Below, one piece after another: positions 19,333 to 29,024 of a DNA stretch of 64,000 nucleotides (positions within the stretch are counted from its first letter, which is position 1; every line of letters begins with the position of its first letter). Origin of the DNA: Acidimicrobiia bacterium (GTDB taxonomy: Bacteria > Actinomycetota > Acidimicrobiia > Spongiisociales > UBA5794); NCBI GenBank assembly GCA_026985095.1, contig JALSQW010000019.1, forward strand, positions 6,785 through 70,784, given 5' to 3'. The translations under genes were made by a program, and so were the position numbers. The notes under the pieces were generated by a model. It had not been told where the DNA came from, did no database searches, and was given only the letters and a program-made list of their open reading frames with translations.

Positions 19333-19788
19333 CTACGTGGAACGCAGCGCGCGGAGGATCTTGGACATGATCGAATCGAGCTGGAGGGTCTCGTCTCGGT
19401 CGATCACGTCGGCGAAGTGCCGCCGGATCCCGGCGAGGTGGACCGGTGCAGCTGCGGCGAACGCCGCCCGTCCCCGCGGGGTCAACGTGACGTTCGTCCC
19501 CCGCCCGTCCTTCGTGCAGGGGACCCGTTCGACGAGCCCCGCCCGCTCCATCCGATCGACGAAGCGGGTGGCTGCGCTGCGCGACAACAGCAGCGATTCG
19601 GCGAGCTGATGCATGCGGAGCCGCTCGTCGGGAGCCTCCACCAGGTAGAGCAGCACCTCGTACCAGTTCAGCGGCAGGCCCGTCGCCGACTCCATCTCCT
19701 TGCCCAGGCGGTCGATCAACTCCGCATGGGCCGTCAGCATCTTGCGCCATGCGGCCAGGGAGACCGGATCCACCCTCGTCGTCACCAT
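19333..19788 (-). CDS. MarR-family transcriptional regulator
   Basis: The winged-HTH region LPLNWYEVLLYLVEAPDERLRMHQLAESLLLSRSAATRFVDRMERAGLVER matches MarR. I used the internal ATG at 19788. The gene is divergent from the opuC-like operon. Confidence 0.85.
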   Translation of the reverse strand: MVTTRVDPVSLAAWRKMLTAHAELIDRLGKEMESATGLPLNWYEVLLYLVEAPDERLRMHQLAESLLLSRSAATRFVDRMERAGLVERVPCTKDGRGTNVTLTPRGRAAFAAAAPVHLAGIRRHFADVIDRDETLQLDSIMSKILRALRST

Positions 19789-19859
19789 GGCCCCAGGGTA
19801 GGGAGCTGCCGGCGGTGCGCGCCACATGCCGCCCACGCGTGCGCGAGACTCCAGAGCCG

Positions 19860-20951
19860 ATGATCGAGCTCACCGAGGTCACGAAACGGTTCCGAGGAAC
19901 CCGCGCGCCCGCGGTCGATCATCTCACCTTGACGATCACCGACGGCGAGGTCGTCGTGCTCGTCGGGCCGTCGGGATGCGGCAAGACCACGACGTTGAAG
20001 ATGATCAACCGCCTCATCGAACCCACCTCCGGCACCATCTCGATCGACGGTGTCGACGTGACCGGTCTCGAACCCCACGAGCTTCGCCGCGGCATCGGCT
20101 ACGTCATCCAGCAGATCGGGCTCTTCCCCCACCGGACGGTACGGGAGAACATCGCCACCGTCCCTCGCCTGCTCGGATGGGAGCAGGCCCGGGTCGAACG
20201 ACGGGTTCGGGAGCTCGCCGAGATCACCGACCTCGGCGCCGACATGCTCGATCGGTACCCGAGCGAGCTGTCCGGCGGCCAGCGTCAACGCGTCGGCGTC
20301 GCTCGCGCCCTCGCCGCGGATCCTCCGATCCTCCTCATGGACGAACCCTTCGGCGCCGTCGATCCCATCGTCCGGGCCAAGCTCCAAGACGAGCTCCTCG
20401 AACTGCAGCGGCGACTCCACAAGACGATCGTCCTGGTCACCCACGACATCGACGAAGCCATCCGGCTCGGCGACCGGGTGGCGATCCTGAGCGTCGGCGG
20501 CCATCTCGAGCAGTACGCCCCTCCCGAAGAGCTCCTGCGCGCCCCGGCCAACGACTTCGTCGCCGACTTCCTCGGCTCCGACCGGGGCATCAAGCGACTC
20601 TCACTCATCCGGATCGCCGACATCGACCTCGAACCCGGACCGGTCGTCCCACCGGGAACCGACGTCGAACGCGCCCGTGCGGTGATGGCCGAATACGACA
20701 CCGACTGGGTCGCCGTCGTCGAGGGCGACCGCATGCTCGGATGGGTCACCGACGACCGCCTCGACGGACGATCCACCATCGACGGCGTCGACCTCGAACC
20801 GTTCCTCACCCGCCTCACCCCGGACGACACCTTGGAGGAAGCCCTCGACGCCGCGATCTCGTCGCACACCGCCATCGCCGCCGTCTTCGACGACGAACGC
20901 TTCTTGGGCATGATCACCGTCGAGCGGATCAGCCGGGAGATCGTCCGATGA
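19860..20951 (+). CDS. Glycine betaine/choline/proline-type ABC transporter ATP-binding protein with C-terminal CBS pair (OpuCA/ProV-like)
   Basis: Walker A GPSGCGKTT, signature LSGGQRQRV, Walker B ILLMDEPFGAVD. The C-terminal tandem CBS domains are typical of osmoprotectant uptake ATPases. Confidence 0.9.
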   Translation: MIELTEVTKRFRGTRAPAVDHLTLTITDGEVVVLVGPSGCGKTTTLKMINRLIEPTSGTISIDGVDVTGLEPHELRRGIGYVIQQIGLFPHRTVRENIATVPRLLGWEQARVERRVRELAEITDLGADMLDRYPSELSGGQRQRVGVARALAADPPILLMDEPFGAVDPIVRAKLQDELLELQRRLHKTIVLVTHDIDEAIRLGDRVAILSVGGHLEQYAPPEELLRAPANDFVADFLGSDRGIKRLSLIRIADIDLEPGPVVPPGTDVERARAVMAEYDTDWVAVVEGDRMLGWVTDDRLDGRSTIDGVDLEPFLTRLTPDDTLEEALDAAISSHTAIAAVFDDERFLGMITVERISREIVR

Positions 20952-21628
20952 TCGCCCAGGTCGCCGACCAGCCGTTCGTCCGCTGGGACTGGATCGTCGA
21001 CCACGTCGACGACATCTGGGCCGCGACGTGGGAGCACATCGTGTTGACGGCGATCGCCGTCGGCGTGGGGTTCGTCATCTCCCTCGCCCTGTCGATGCTG
21101 GCGCTCCGCCACCGCCGGACCTACGGACCGATCACCTGGGTGACGGGCATCTTGTACACCATCCCGAGCCTGGCCCTGTTCGCCTTCCTCGTGCCGATCA
21201 CCGGCCTCACGACGCTCACTGCCGAGATCGGCCTCGTCTCGTACACCCTGCTCATCCTGATCCGCAACATCGTCGCCGGCATCGACGGGGTCCCCGCCTC
21301 GGTCCGCGAATCCGCCGTCGGGATGGGCTACACCCGACGGCGCCTGTTCCTCGAGATCGAGCTACCCCTGGCGCTGCCGGTCATCGTCGCCGGGATCCGC
21401 ATCGCCGCGGTGACGACCATCGGTCTGGTGACCATCACCGCGCTCATCGGCAAGGGCGGGCTCGGGTTCCTCATCCTCCGCGGCCTCAACCTGTTCTACT
21501 CGCCGGTGGGAACGACCCAGATCGTCGTCGGCACCGTCATGTCGGTGCTCTTGGCCGTCGCCGTGGACCTGTCCCTCGTCGGGGCGGAACGGGCGATGAC
21601 CCCGTGGGCGCGGAGTCGGCACCGATGA
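20948..21628 (+). CDS. ABC transporter permease (OpuCB/ProW-like)
   Basis: ATGA overlap with the ATPase gene. Polytopic protein with an EAA-like loop (ESAVGMGYTRRRLFLEIELPLALP). Confidence 0.85.
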   Translation: MIAQVADQPFVRWDWIVDHVDDIWAATWEHIVLTAIAVGVGFVISLALSMLALRHRRTYGPITWVTGILYTIPSLALFAFLVPITGLTTLTAEIGLVSYTLLILIRNIVAGIDGVPASVRESAVGMGYTRRRLFLEIELPLALPVIVAGIRIAAVTTIGLVTITALIGKGGLGFLILRGLNLFYSPVGTTQIVVGTVMSVLLAVAVDLSLVGAERAMTPWARSRHR

Positions 21629-22356
21629 TCGACTTCCTCGGCGACGTCGTCGCATGGTTCCTCGATCCAGCCCACTGGCTCGGCAGCGGCGGCATCCTCG
21701 GCCGGACCTGGGAACACGTCCAGATCTCGGCGTTCTCGACGGTCGCAGCGGCCCTCGTCGCGCTCCCCCCGGCGATCTGGATGGGTCACCGGCGTCGCGG
21801 CGGGATCGTCGCCGTCGCCGTGGTCAACATCGGCCGCGCGATCCCGTCGTTCGCGATCATCGCCCTGGCCCTCCCGATCAGCATCCGCCTCGGCCTCGGC
21901 CTCGGGTTCTGGCCCACGTTCCTGGCCCTGTTCGCCCTCGCGCTCCCCCCCATGTTCACGAACACCTACACCGGGATCGCCGAGGTCGACCCTGCGCTCG
22001 TCGAAGCGGCCCGCGGGATGGGCATGACCGAATCCCAGATCACCACCCGCGTCGAGATCCCCGTCGCGGCACCCGTGATCGTGACCGCCATCCGGGTCTC
22101 CGCCGTCCAGGTCGTGGCCACCGCCACCCTCGCCGCGCTCGTCGCCTGGGGTGGCCTCGGTCGGTTCATCATCGACGGCTTCGCCATCCAGGACAACGTC
22201 ATGGTCTTCGCCGGCGGACTCCTCGTCGCCGGACTCGCGATCGCCACCGAACTCGGTTTCGCCGCCTTCGAACGGCGCTTCGTTCCCTCGACGGCCAGCC
22301 GATCCACGAGCGAGGATCTCCTCGCCGACGTCACCGTCGCGCCTCAACACGGCTAG
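21625..22356 (+). CDS. ABC transporter permease (OpuCD-like, second membrane subunit)
   Basis: ATGA overlap with the previous permease. EAARGMGMTESQITTRVEIPVAAPVI is the EAA motif. Confidence 0.85.
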   Translation: MIDFLGDVVAWFLDPAHWLGSGGILGRTWEHVQISAFSTVAAALVALPPAIWMGHRRRGGIVAVAVVNIGRAIPSFAIIALALPISIRLGLGLGFWPTFLALFALALPPMFTNTYTGIAEVDPALVEAARGMGMTESQITTRVEIPVAAPVIVTAIRVSAVQVVATATLAALVAWGGLGRFIIDGFAIQDNVMVFAGGLLVAGLAIATELGFAAFERRFVPSTASRSTSEDLLADVTVAPQHG

Positions 22357-22415
22357 GTTGCACCTCTCGGCCCCTTCATGGGGCGATCCATCCCGCGATA
22401 GGAAGGGGAATACCC

Positions 22416-23327
22416 ATGCGGAACTACCTCCGCAAGAGCGCCATCGGGGCGGTCCTCCTGTCCGTGGCCCTCGTGGCTGCGGCATGTGGATCGGGTGATG
22501 GCGCAGGAGCCAAGGAAGGCCCGACGATCACGGTCGGTTCGGCCAACTTCTCGGAGAATGCGCTGTTGGCCGAGATCTACGCCCAAGCCCTCGAGAACGC
22601 CGGCTATCGGGTGCAGCGGAACCTGAACGTGGGCAACCGCGAGGTGTACTTCGCGGCGCTCGAGAGCGGTGACCTGTCCCTGGTCCCCGAGTACGTCGGG
22701 ACCGTCACGACGTTCCTCGGCGGTTCGGCGTCCTCCGACAGCGACGCGACGTATCAGACGCTCCTCGGCCTGCTCGGCGACAAGGGTCTGACCGCGGCCT
22801 CCTACGCCTCGGCGCAGGACAAGAACGGCATCGTCGTCCGCAAGGACACCGCCGACGAGTTCGGTCTGTCCAAGGTCTCCGATCTGGCACAGTACAACGG
22901 CCAGTTCATCTTCGGCGGGCCTCCCGAATGCCCGAACCGAGAGTTCTGTCTCATCGGCCTCCAGGACGTCTACGGCCTGCAGTTCGCCGACTTCAAACCC
23001 CTCGACGTCGGGGGACCGCTCACGGTCGCCGCCCTCGAAGGCGACGAGATCCAGGTCGCGCTGCTCTTCACGTCCGACGGCGTGATCGCCGCCAAGGGGT
23101 TCGTGCTGCTCGACGATGACAAGGGCCTGCAACCGGCCGAGAACGTGACACCGGTGCTCCGCAAGGACATCGTCGACGCCTACGGGGACGATCTCATCGC
23201 CGTGCTCGACGCCGTCAGCGCCAAGATGACCACCGAGGAACTCACCGCACTCAACAAGCGGGTGGGATTCGACGGTGAGGACCCCGATGCGGTGGCGACC
23301 GACTGGCTCGCCGCGAACGTCGGCTGA
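22416..23327 (+). CDS. Glycine betaine/osmoprotectant ABC transporter substrate-binding lipoprotein (OpuCC-like)
   Basis: Lipobox LVAAACGS, AGGAAGGGG Shine-Dalgarno. TVGSANFSENALLAEIYAQALENAGY is a typical OpuAC/OpuCC fold sequence. Confidence 0.85.
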   Translation: MRNYLRKSAIGAVLLSVALVAAACGSGDGAGAKEGPTITVGSANFSENALLAEIYAQALENAGYRVQRNLNVGNREVYFAALESGDLSLVPEYVGTVTTFLGGSASSDSDATYQTLLGLLGDKGLTAASYASAQDKNGIVVRKDTADEFGLSKVSDLAQYNGQFIFGGPPECPNREFCLIGLQDVYGLQFADFKPLDVGGPLTVAALEGDEIQVALLFTSDGVIAAKGFVLLDDDKGLQPAENVTPVLRKDIVDAYGDDLIAVLDAVSAKMTTEELTALNKRVGFDGEDPDAVATDWLAANVG

Positions 23328-23340
23328 ACCCACCGACCGA

Positions 23341-24204
23341 TCACGACGATGGAGGAGGGCGAACGCCCTCCTCCATCGCGTCCGACGTCCGCATCGCCAA
23401 CGCCACGCCGACCACCGCCACGATCCCTCCCGCCGCGATCTCGGCCAGGCTCCACCTCCGCAGCGGCGCGACGAGGCGCCCGACGAGCATCAGCGCGACC
23501 TCCTGGCGGCCGCCGTCGCCCAATCCGGCGACGGCGGAACCGCCGATCCGGCCCGAGACCGCCAGCGCAACGAGCCCGCTTCCCAAGATCCCTACGCCCA
23601 CGGCCGCCACGGCCGCCGATGGGGACCGCCGCACCACGGAACCCACGACCACGACCGCGGCGACGAGGCCGACCCACGCGACGACGACCAGGCCCACCAG
23701 GTCCGGCGGTCGGGGCAGCCGGTTGGCCTCCACCAGCACCACCGGAGCGAACACTGCATCGGGGACGGCATCGGCGAGTTCGGGAGCCACCGCTTCGAGC
23801 GGCGCCAGGATGTCGTCTCGCCACGGTGCCAGTTCGATCACCACCGGGGCGCCGTCGGCCTCCAGCAGCACCCGATGCAACGACCGCGCGGAGAACTCCG
23901 CCAGCGGCTCGAACACCGGCGAGGCCAGCACCCCGGCGATCGCGGATTCCGCAGGTGCCCGCACGATCGCGAAGGCCGGTTCGGCCGCGACGATCCGATC
24001 GACGATCTCGCTCGCCAGGTTCCTCCGGGACGGCTCCGAGCGCAGCACGTCGCTCGCCTCAACCACGAATCGGTCCTCGTCGAGGACCATGGTCGCGTAC
24101 CACCGCCCGACGGTGACCACGGCCCCGAACACGACGAGCAGCACGACCACGGCGACACTCGGGCCGACGACGCGGCGGCTCTGCGGGGACGGTGACTGAC
24201 GCAT
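23341..24204 (-). CDS. Hypothetical membrane protein
   Basis: N-terminal TM helix (VAVVVLLVVFGAVVTV) and a C-terminal hydrophobic cluster. No recognisable family. Divergent from the ATPase gene at 24390. Confidence 0.5.
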   Translation of the reverse strand: MRQSPSPQSRRVVGPSVAVVVLLVVFGAVVTVGRWYATMVLDEDRFVVEASDVLRSEPSRRNLASEIVDRIVAAEPAFAIVRAPAESAIAGVLASPVFEPLAEFSARSLHRVLLEADGAPVVIELAPWRDDILAPLEAVAPELADAVPDAVFAPVVLVEANRLPRPPDLVGLVVVAWVGLVAAVVVVGSVVRRSPSAAVAAVGVGILGSGLVALAVSGRIGGSAVAGLGDGGRQEVALMLVGRLVAPLRRWSLAEIAAGGIVAVVGVALAMRTSDAMEEGVRPPPSS

Positions 24205-24389
24205 CGCCGCCGACCCTACATCGCTCCTCGGGAGGCATCGCCCTCGGCGCTCGTTCCCCGGCCGGCGAGGTCGACCATCTCGCCTCGTGCCACCGGCGCA
24301 CCGGCGACGACACCCATCACGACCGAGCTACCGTGTAGCCGGCCGCCGACCGCGGTCGTGGCACGACGGATCATCAGGGGGCACAGCGC

Positions 24390-26759
24390 ATGCCAGACCT
24401 CTTCCTCGGAGGGCCGGTCGACCCCACGACGGGCGACCGGATCGACAACGAACGACTCCTCTACGACGCCTCGGACCTGACGACCCACGGGGTGATCGTC
24501 GGGATGACCGGATCGGGCAAGACCGGCCTCGGGGTGATCTTCCTCGAGGAGGCGCTGAGGGCCGGCATCCCCACCCTCGTCCTCGATCCCAAAGGTGACA
24601 TGACGAACCTGGCGCTGCGGTTCCCCTCCCTGGCTCCCGAGGACTTCGAGCCGTGGATCGATCCCGCGGTCACCGCCGACGCGGGCACCACCGTGGTGGA
24701 ACTGGCGACCGAGACGGCCCGACGCTGGCGCGACGGTCTCGCCTCGTGGGGGCTGTCGGAGGACGACATCGCCGAGCTCGACCGCTCCTCGGAGGTGACG
24801 ATCTACACGCCCGGATCGTCCGCCGGCGTTCCGCTCGACATCGTCGGTAGGCTCGACGTCCCCGACCTCGACTGGGAGACCGACGGAGAGACGATCCGCG
24901 ACGAGATCCAGGGGTTCGCCTCCGGCCTTCTCGGGCTCATCGGGATCGACGCGGACCCGGTCACGTCCCGGGAGCACATCTTGATCTCGAACCTGGTCGA
25001 GCGTGCGTGGAGAGACGGCCGGTCCCTCGATATGGCCACGCTGTTGGGATGGATCCAGCGTCCGCCGATGCGCAAGCTCGGCGTGTTCGACGTCGATGCG
25101 TTCTTCCCTCCCGACGATCGGATGGAGCTCGCCATGCGCCTCAACGGCCTCCTCGCCTCACCGGGCTTCGCCACCTGGATGGAAGGCGAACCGCTCGACA
25201 TCCAACGGCTCTTGTGGGACGGCGAGGGACGACCCAAGGCAGCCGTCGTCTACCTCGCCCACCTGACCGAGGAGGAGCGTCAGTTCGTCGTCACCTCGGT
25301 CCTGACCAAGGTCGTCACCTGGATGCGTTCCCAAAGCGGCACCGGCGAGCTGCGAGCTCTCGTGTACATGGACGAGGTGTTCGGGTTCGTCCCTCCGACG
25401 GCGATGCCGCCGGCCAAGAAGCCCATCCTGACGCTCCTCAAGCAAGCACGTGCCTTCGGGGTGGGCCTGTTGCTGTCCACCCAGAACCCCGTCGACCTCG
25501 ACTACAAGGCCATGTCCAACGCCGGCACCTGGGCCATCGGGAGGCTGCAGACCGAACGTGACAAGGCCCGGATCCTCGAGGCGCTCCGTTCGGCCGGCGG
25601 CGACGTCGATGTCGAGGAACTCGACGCGCAGATCACGGGTCTCGGGAAGCGACGGTTCCTCCTCCACGACGTCCACGAACCCGCGCCCGTCCCGTTCACG
25701 ACCCGCTGGGCGATGTCGTACCTCCGAGGGCCGCTGACGAAGGATCAGATCGAGACGCTCACGGCCCGTCGTCGGCCATCGAACGACGCGGGGCGTCGAA
25801 CGCCGCGACGAACCCAGCCCGCGACCTCGACGCTGCCCGACGACGTCGTCCCCGCCATGCCCCCGATCGCCGACGGGATCCCGGTCGCCTTCGTCGACGC
25901 GGCCGCGCCCTGGGCACAAGAACTCGGTGCCGATCCGACCTCCCACGTCTGGGAGGCGGGACTGGCGGCACGGGTGACCGTCCGCTACGACGAACGACGA
26001 GCCGACATCGATCACGTCGAGGAATGGGAGGCCATCTACTTCCCCGCCCCCGAGCCGTTCGACGCCTCGTCCGGCATCGAGGTGGACTACGACGAACGGG
26101 ATCTCCAGAAGGAGGCGCCGCCCGAGGCCGGCTACCGACTGCCTGCCGCCCCCGTCGACGATCCCTCGTACTTCCGAGACGCGAAGAAGGCCATCGCCGC
26201 GTTCCTCCGGCGGGAATCCACCCTCGAGATCCTCCACAACGCCGCGCTCAAGCTCTGGTCCCGACCGGGGGAGGATCTCACCGGCTTCCAGGCACGGTGC
26301 GTCGCGGTGGCCGAGGACCGGATCGACGAGGAGCTCGCCAAGCTCAGAGACCGGTACGCGACGAAGGTCAAGACCTTGCAGCGGAGGCTCCGGCGCGCCC
26401 AACAGCGTGCCGCCACCGCCGAGGAAGCGGCGGAGGCTTCCCGTCAGGAGGAGCTGATGGGCCAGGCCGGAGCCGTCGTCGACCTCCTGCTGGGTCGTCG
26501 GCCCCGCCGGTCGGTGGCCGCCCGCTCGCGCAGCCGTCGCAGCGCCATCGCTCGCGCCGAAGCAGCCCAGGAGAAGGTCCTCGACGTTCAGGAGGACCTG
26601 GCCGATCTGGAGGCCGATCTGGCCGACGACGTCGAAGAGATCACCGACCGGTGGATGGCACGAGCAGCCGAGATCGAATCGGTGGACATCGGACTGGAGT
26701 CCGATGACATCGACGTCCGAGAGCTCCGGGTCGTCTGGGTTCCGGTCCCGGTGGATTGA
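24390..26759 (+). CDS. FtsK/HerA-superfamily P-loop ATPase (DUF87/HerA-like central domain) with long coiled-coil C-terminal region
   Basis: Walker A GMTGSGKTG, Walker B LVYMDEVFGF, and an LLSTQNPVDLD motif that resembles the ATQRP motif of HerA/FtsK/VirB4 ATPases. The C-terminal third is Ala/Glu/Arg-rich and predicted coiled-coil. Confidence 0.7.
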   Translation: MPDLFLGGPVDPTTGDRIDNERLLYDASDLTTHGVIVGMTGSGKTGLGVIFLEEALRAGIPTLVLDPKGDMTNLALRFPSLAPEDFEPWIDPAVTADAGTTVVELATETARRWRDGLASWGLSEDDIAELDRSSEVTIYTPGSSAGVPLDIVGRLDVPDLDWETDGETIRDEIQGFASGLLGLIGIDADPVTSREHILISNLVERAWRDGRSLDMATLLGWIQRPPMRKLGVFDVDAFFPPDDRMELAMRLNGLLASPGFATWMEGEPLDIQRLLWDGEGRPKAAVVYLAHLTEEERQFVVTSVLTKVVTWMRSQSGTGELRALVYMDEVFGFVPPTAMPPAKKPILTLLKQARAFGVGLLLSTQNPVDLDYKAMSNAGTWAIGRLQTERDKARILEALRSAGGDVDVEELDAQITGLGKRRFLLHDVHEPAPVPFTTRWAMSYLRGPLTKDQIETLTARRRPSNDAGRRTPRRTQPATSTLPDDVVPAMPPIADGIPVAFVDAAAPWAQELGADPTSHVWEAGLAARVTVRYDERRADIDHVEEWEAIYFPAPEPFDASSGIEVDYDERDLQKEAPPEAGYRLPAAPVDDPSYFRDAKKAIAAFLRRESTLEILHNAALKLWSRPGEDLTGFQARCVAVAEDRIDEELAKLRDRYATKVKTLQRRLRRAQQRAATAEEAAEASRQEELMGQAGAVVDLLLGRRPRRSVAARSRSRRSAIARAEAAQEKVLDVQEDLADLEADLADDVEEITDRWMARAAEIESVDIGLESDDIDVRELRVVWVPVPVD

Positions 26760-26796
26760 CCGGCACCGCGCCCCGGCGCGCGGTAGCCTGCCGCTC

Positions 26797-27180
26797 ATGA
26801 ACGACAGGCCGGCGATCGTCAGCATCCAAGGCAGCGAGGTCGACGGTGACACCGTGGTCACCGTCACGCTGAGCTGGCAGGACGAGGAGTGCACCGGCGA
26901 AGCGGTCGGCCCGACGGACCCGACGACCCTCCCTCGGCTCGTCGGCGAAGCGACCCTCCGAGCCGTCGAGCGGGTCGCTCACGGGAACATCCGCCTCGAC
27001 CTGACGGCCGTCGCGACCACGCAGCTCGGCGACGCCCAGGTGGCGATGGCGCAAGTCGAGATGGAGGGAGACGAGGGACGTTTCGTCGGCAGCGCGATCC
27101 TCGATGGCACCGACTCGGCGGCAGCGACCGTCAAGGCGGTTCTCGATGCGATCAATCGTCGACTGGAACGGATCCTCTGA
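26797..27180 (+). CDS. Tandem DUF1876-like (Rv2632c-like) small protein
   Basis: Two repeats resemble the DUF1876 pattern (L.W...G...VG.G.A.LDP...A...A...): VTVTLSWQDEECTGEAVGPTDPTTLPRLVGEATLRAVERV and AQVEMEGDEGRFVGSAILDGTDSAAATVKAVLDAINRRL. This is a recollection-based family call. Start at the internal ATG 26797. Confidence 0.5.
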   Translation: MNDRPAIVSIQGSEVDGDTVVTVTLSWQDEECTGEAVGPTDPTTLPRLVGEATLRAVERVAHGNIRLDLTAVATTQLGDAQVAMAQVEMEGDEGRFVGSAILDGTDSAAATVKAVLDAINRRLERIL

Positions 27181-27228
27181 GTCGGCCGGCGGCGATCGAA
27201 GACCGCCCGACGAGGCGCGGGCCCGCCT

Positions 27229-27603
27229 TCAGGACCCGTTGGTCAACGCCCAGAGGAGATCTCGGACGTCGACGATCCCGAGGAGTTCATCGGCGGTCAT
27301 CACCGGAAGATGCCGGTAGCCCGCTTCGAGCATCCACTGGGCGGCCTCGGCAACGCGCACGTCGGGTGCCATGACGTCGGGCGCCTCGCTCATCCAATCC
27401 TGAACCATCTCTCCGGAGGCGTCGTCGGCTTCGGCCAGGGCCCGGGTCAGATCGCGGTCGGTGAGGATGCCGACCATCTCGCGGTCGGCGACCACGGCGA
27501 CGGCCGAGACGTCGCGATCGAGCATGAGCGCGGCCGCGTCCGCCAGGCAGGTCTCGGGACCGACCACCTCCGTGGCGCCGCCGACCAGCGATTCCAACCT
27601 CAC
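27229..27603 (-). CDS. CBS-domain pair protein
   Basis: 124 aa with two CBS motifs (VSAVAVVADREMVGILTDRDL and HLPVMTADELLGIVDVRDLL). Confidence 0.8.
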   Translation of the reverse strand: MRLESLVGGATEVVGPETCLADAAALMLDRDVSAVAVVADREMVGILTDRDLTRALAEADDASGEMVQDWMSEAPDVMAPDVRVAEAAQWMLEAGYRHLPVMTADELLGIVDVRDLLWALTNGS

Positions 27604-27669
27604 CTCACACCTCCCAACAGCAGGCTACCCGCCCCGCACGACCTCGGACCAGGGGCCGAAGGTCCCGCC

Positions 27670-27745
27670 CACCCGCCGTGACCCGCCAACCCAGGGTTCG
27701 CCACCCCCCTAAAGGGGGTTCTGCAACCCAGGGTTCGGGGATCGC
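27670..27745. repeat. Dispersed copy (about 1.5 units) of the same double-palindrome element seen at 4391-4538
   Basis: AACCCAGGGTTCGCCACCCCCCTAAAGGGGGTTCTGCAACCCAGGGTTCGGGG shares the AACCCAGGGTTC and CCCCYYMAGGGGGTTC modules and their order with the 37-bp unit. It lies between the sigma factor 3' end and the CBS gene start. Confidence 0.7.
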
Positions 27746-27746
27746 C

Positions 27747-28796
27747 TCAGACGAGGTCCTGTTCGCGGATGCCGAAGCTCGGATGGCGGAGACGGCACAA
27801 CGCGAGCTTCTCGAGCTGACGGATCCGTTCCCGCGTGAGGTTGAACTCCTCGCCGATCTCCTCGAGCGTCCTCGGCACCCCGTCGTAGAACCCGTACCGC
27901 AGCGCCAGGATCCGACCCTCCCGCTCGGGAAGCCGCTCGATCGAGATGCGGAGGCTGTTGGCGATGTCCATCTCCTCGGTCACCTTGACCGGATCGACCG
28001 CGTCCTCGTCCTCGATGAAATCACCGAGCTGGGCACCATCCTCACCGATCGGCTGCTCCAACGACACGGTGTCGGCCACACCGAGGGCGAGCTCCACCTT
28101 GGCCACCTCGACGCCCGCCTCCTCGGCGATCTCCTCCGGCTTGGGATCGCGACCGAGTTCCGCCTTGAGACTGGCCTGAGCAGCTCGCACCGCCGCCAGC
28201 GTGTCGTGGAGATGCACGGGGATGCGAACGGTCCGGGACTTGTCGGCGATGGCCCGAGTGATCGCCTGACGGATCCACCACGTGGCGTACGTCGAGAACT
28301 TGAACCCCTTGCGCCAATCGAACTTCTCGACCGCCCGGATCAACCCCAGGTTCCCCTCCTGGATGAGATCGAGGAAATCGATCCCGGAGGTGTTGGCGTA
28401 ACGACGAGCATTGGCCACCACGAGGCGCAGGTTGGCGGTGAGGAAGGCATCCTTCGCCTCCTGGCCACGCCTGACCTGGCGGCGCAGGGCGATCTCCTCC
28501 GCCTTGCCCTGGTACTCGCCCGCATCGAGCTTCTCCTGGGCACGTTGACCGCCCTCGATCTTCTGGGCGTACTCGACCTCCTTCTCGGCGGTCAGCAGCT
28601 CGTACTCGCCGATCGCCGTCAGGTACTGGCTGACCAGGTCGGTGGTGAGCCTGCCACGGTCGTCGGTGAGCTTGTTGCGGTCCCGATCACGTCGGGTCCG
28701 GGTCAGCGTGTCCCGCTCGATCCGTTCCTTGGCTTCCTCCCGTTCGCGCTGCGCGCGAGTCACCACCGCCTTGCGCGGCTTTCCCACTGACGCCAT
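27747..28796 (-). CDS. RNA polymerase sigma-70 factor, group 1/2 (RpoD/SigA-SigB-like)
   Basis: Regions 1.2 to 4 are present: region 2 [30 protein letters not shown] and region 4 [25 protein letters not shown] used the internal ATG at 28796 behind a GGAGG Shine-Dalgarno. Confidence 0.85.
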   Translation of the reverse strand: MASVGKPRKAVVTRAQREREEAKERIERDTLTRTRRDRDRNKLTDDRGRLTTDLVSQYLTAIGEYELLTAEKEVEYAQKIEGGQRAQEKLDAGEYQGKAEEIALRRQVRRGQEAKDAFLTANLRLVVANARRYANTSGIDFLDLIQEGNLGLIRAVEKFDWRKGFKFSTYATWWIRQAITRAIADKSRTVRIPVHLHDTLAAVRAAQASLKAELGRDPKPEEIAEEAGVEVAKVELALGVADTVSLEQPIGEDGAQLGDFIEDEDAVDPVKVTEEMDIANSLRISIERLPEREGRILALRYGFYDGVPRTLEEIGEEFNLTRERIRQLEKLALCRLRHPSFGIREQDLV

Positions 28797-29024
28797 GTAC
28801 GAGTCCTCCAGCGAAGGTTTCCGAACCACCAGCCCCCGATCCCGTACGGGGCGGGACACGAGCGCACCCCACTATCACATACGACGGGCCGTTTGTGAAC
28901 CCCCTGATTTCCCAGGAGGCAGCGAGGTCGCCAGCCTATCGGCGGGAACCAGGTAGCCGCAGCCGACCACCACACCGCCACACATCCACTCAACCGGCCG
29001 AGATCCCCGACCGATGAGCATCGG

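Noticed and set aside
24216-24977. 253-aa minus-strand ORF upstream of the HerA-like ATPase
   Set aside because: It overlaps the 5' third of the ATPase gene in antisense and has no motifs. The ATPase N-terminus carries the Walker A motif and is clearly the real gene.
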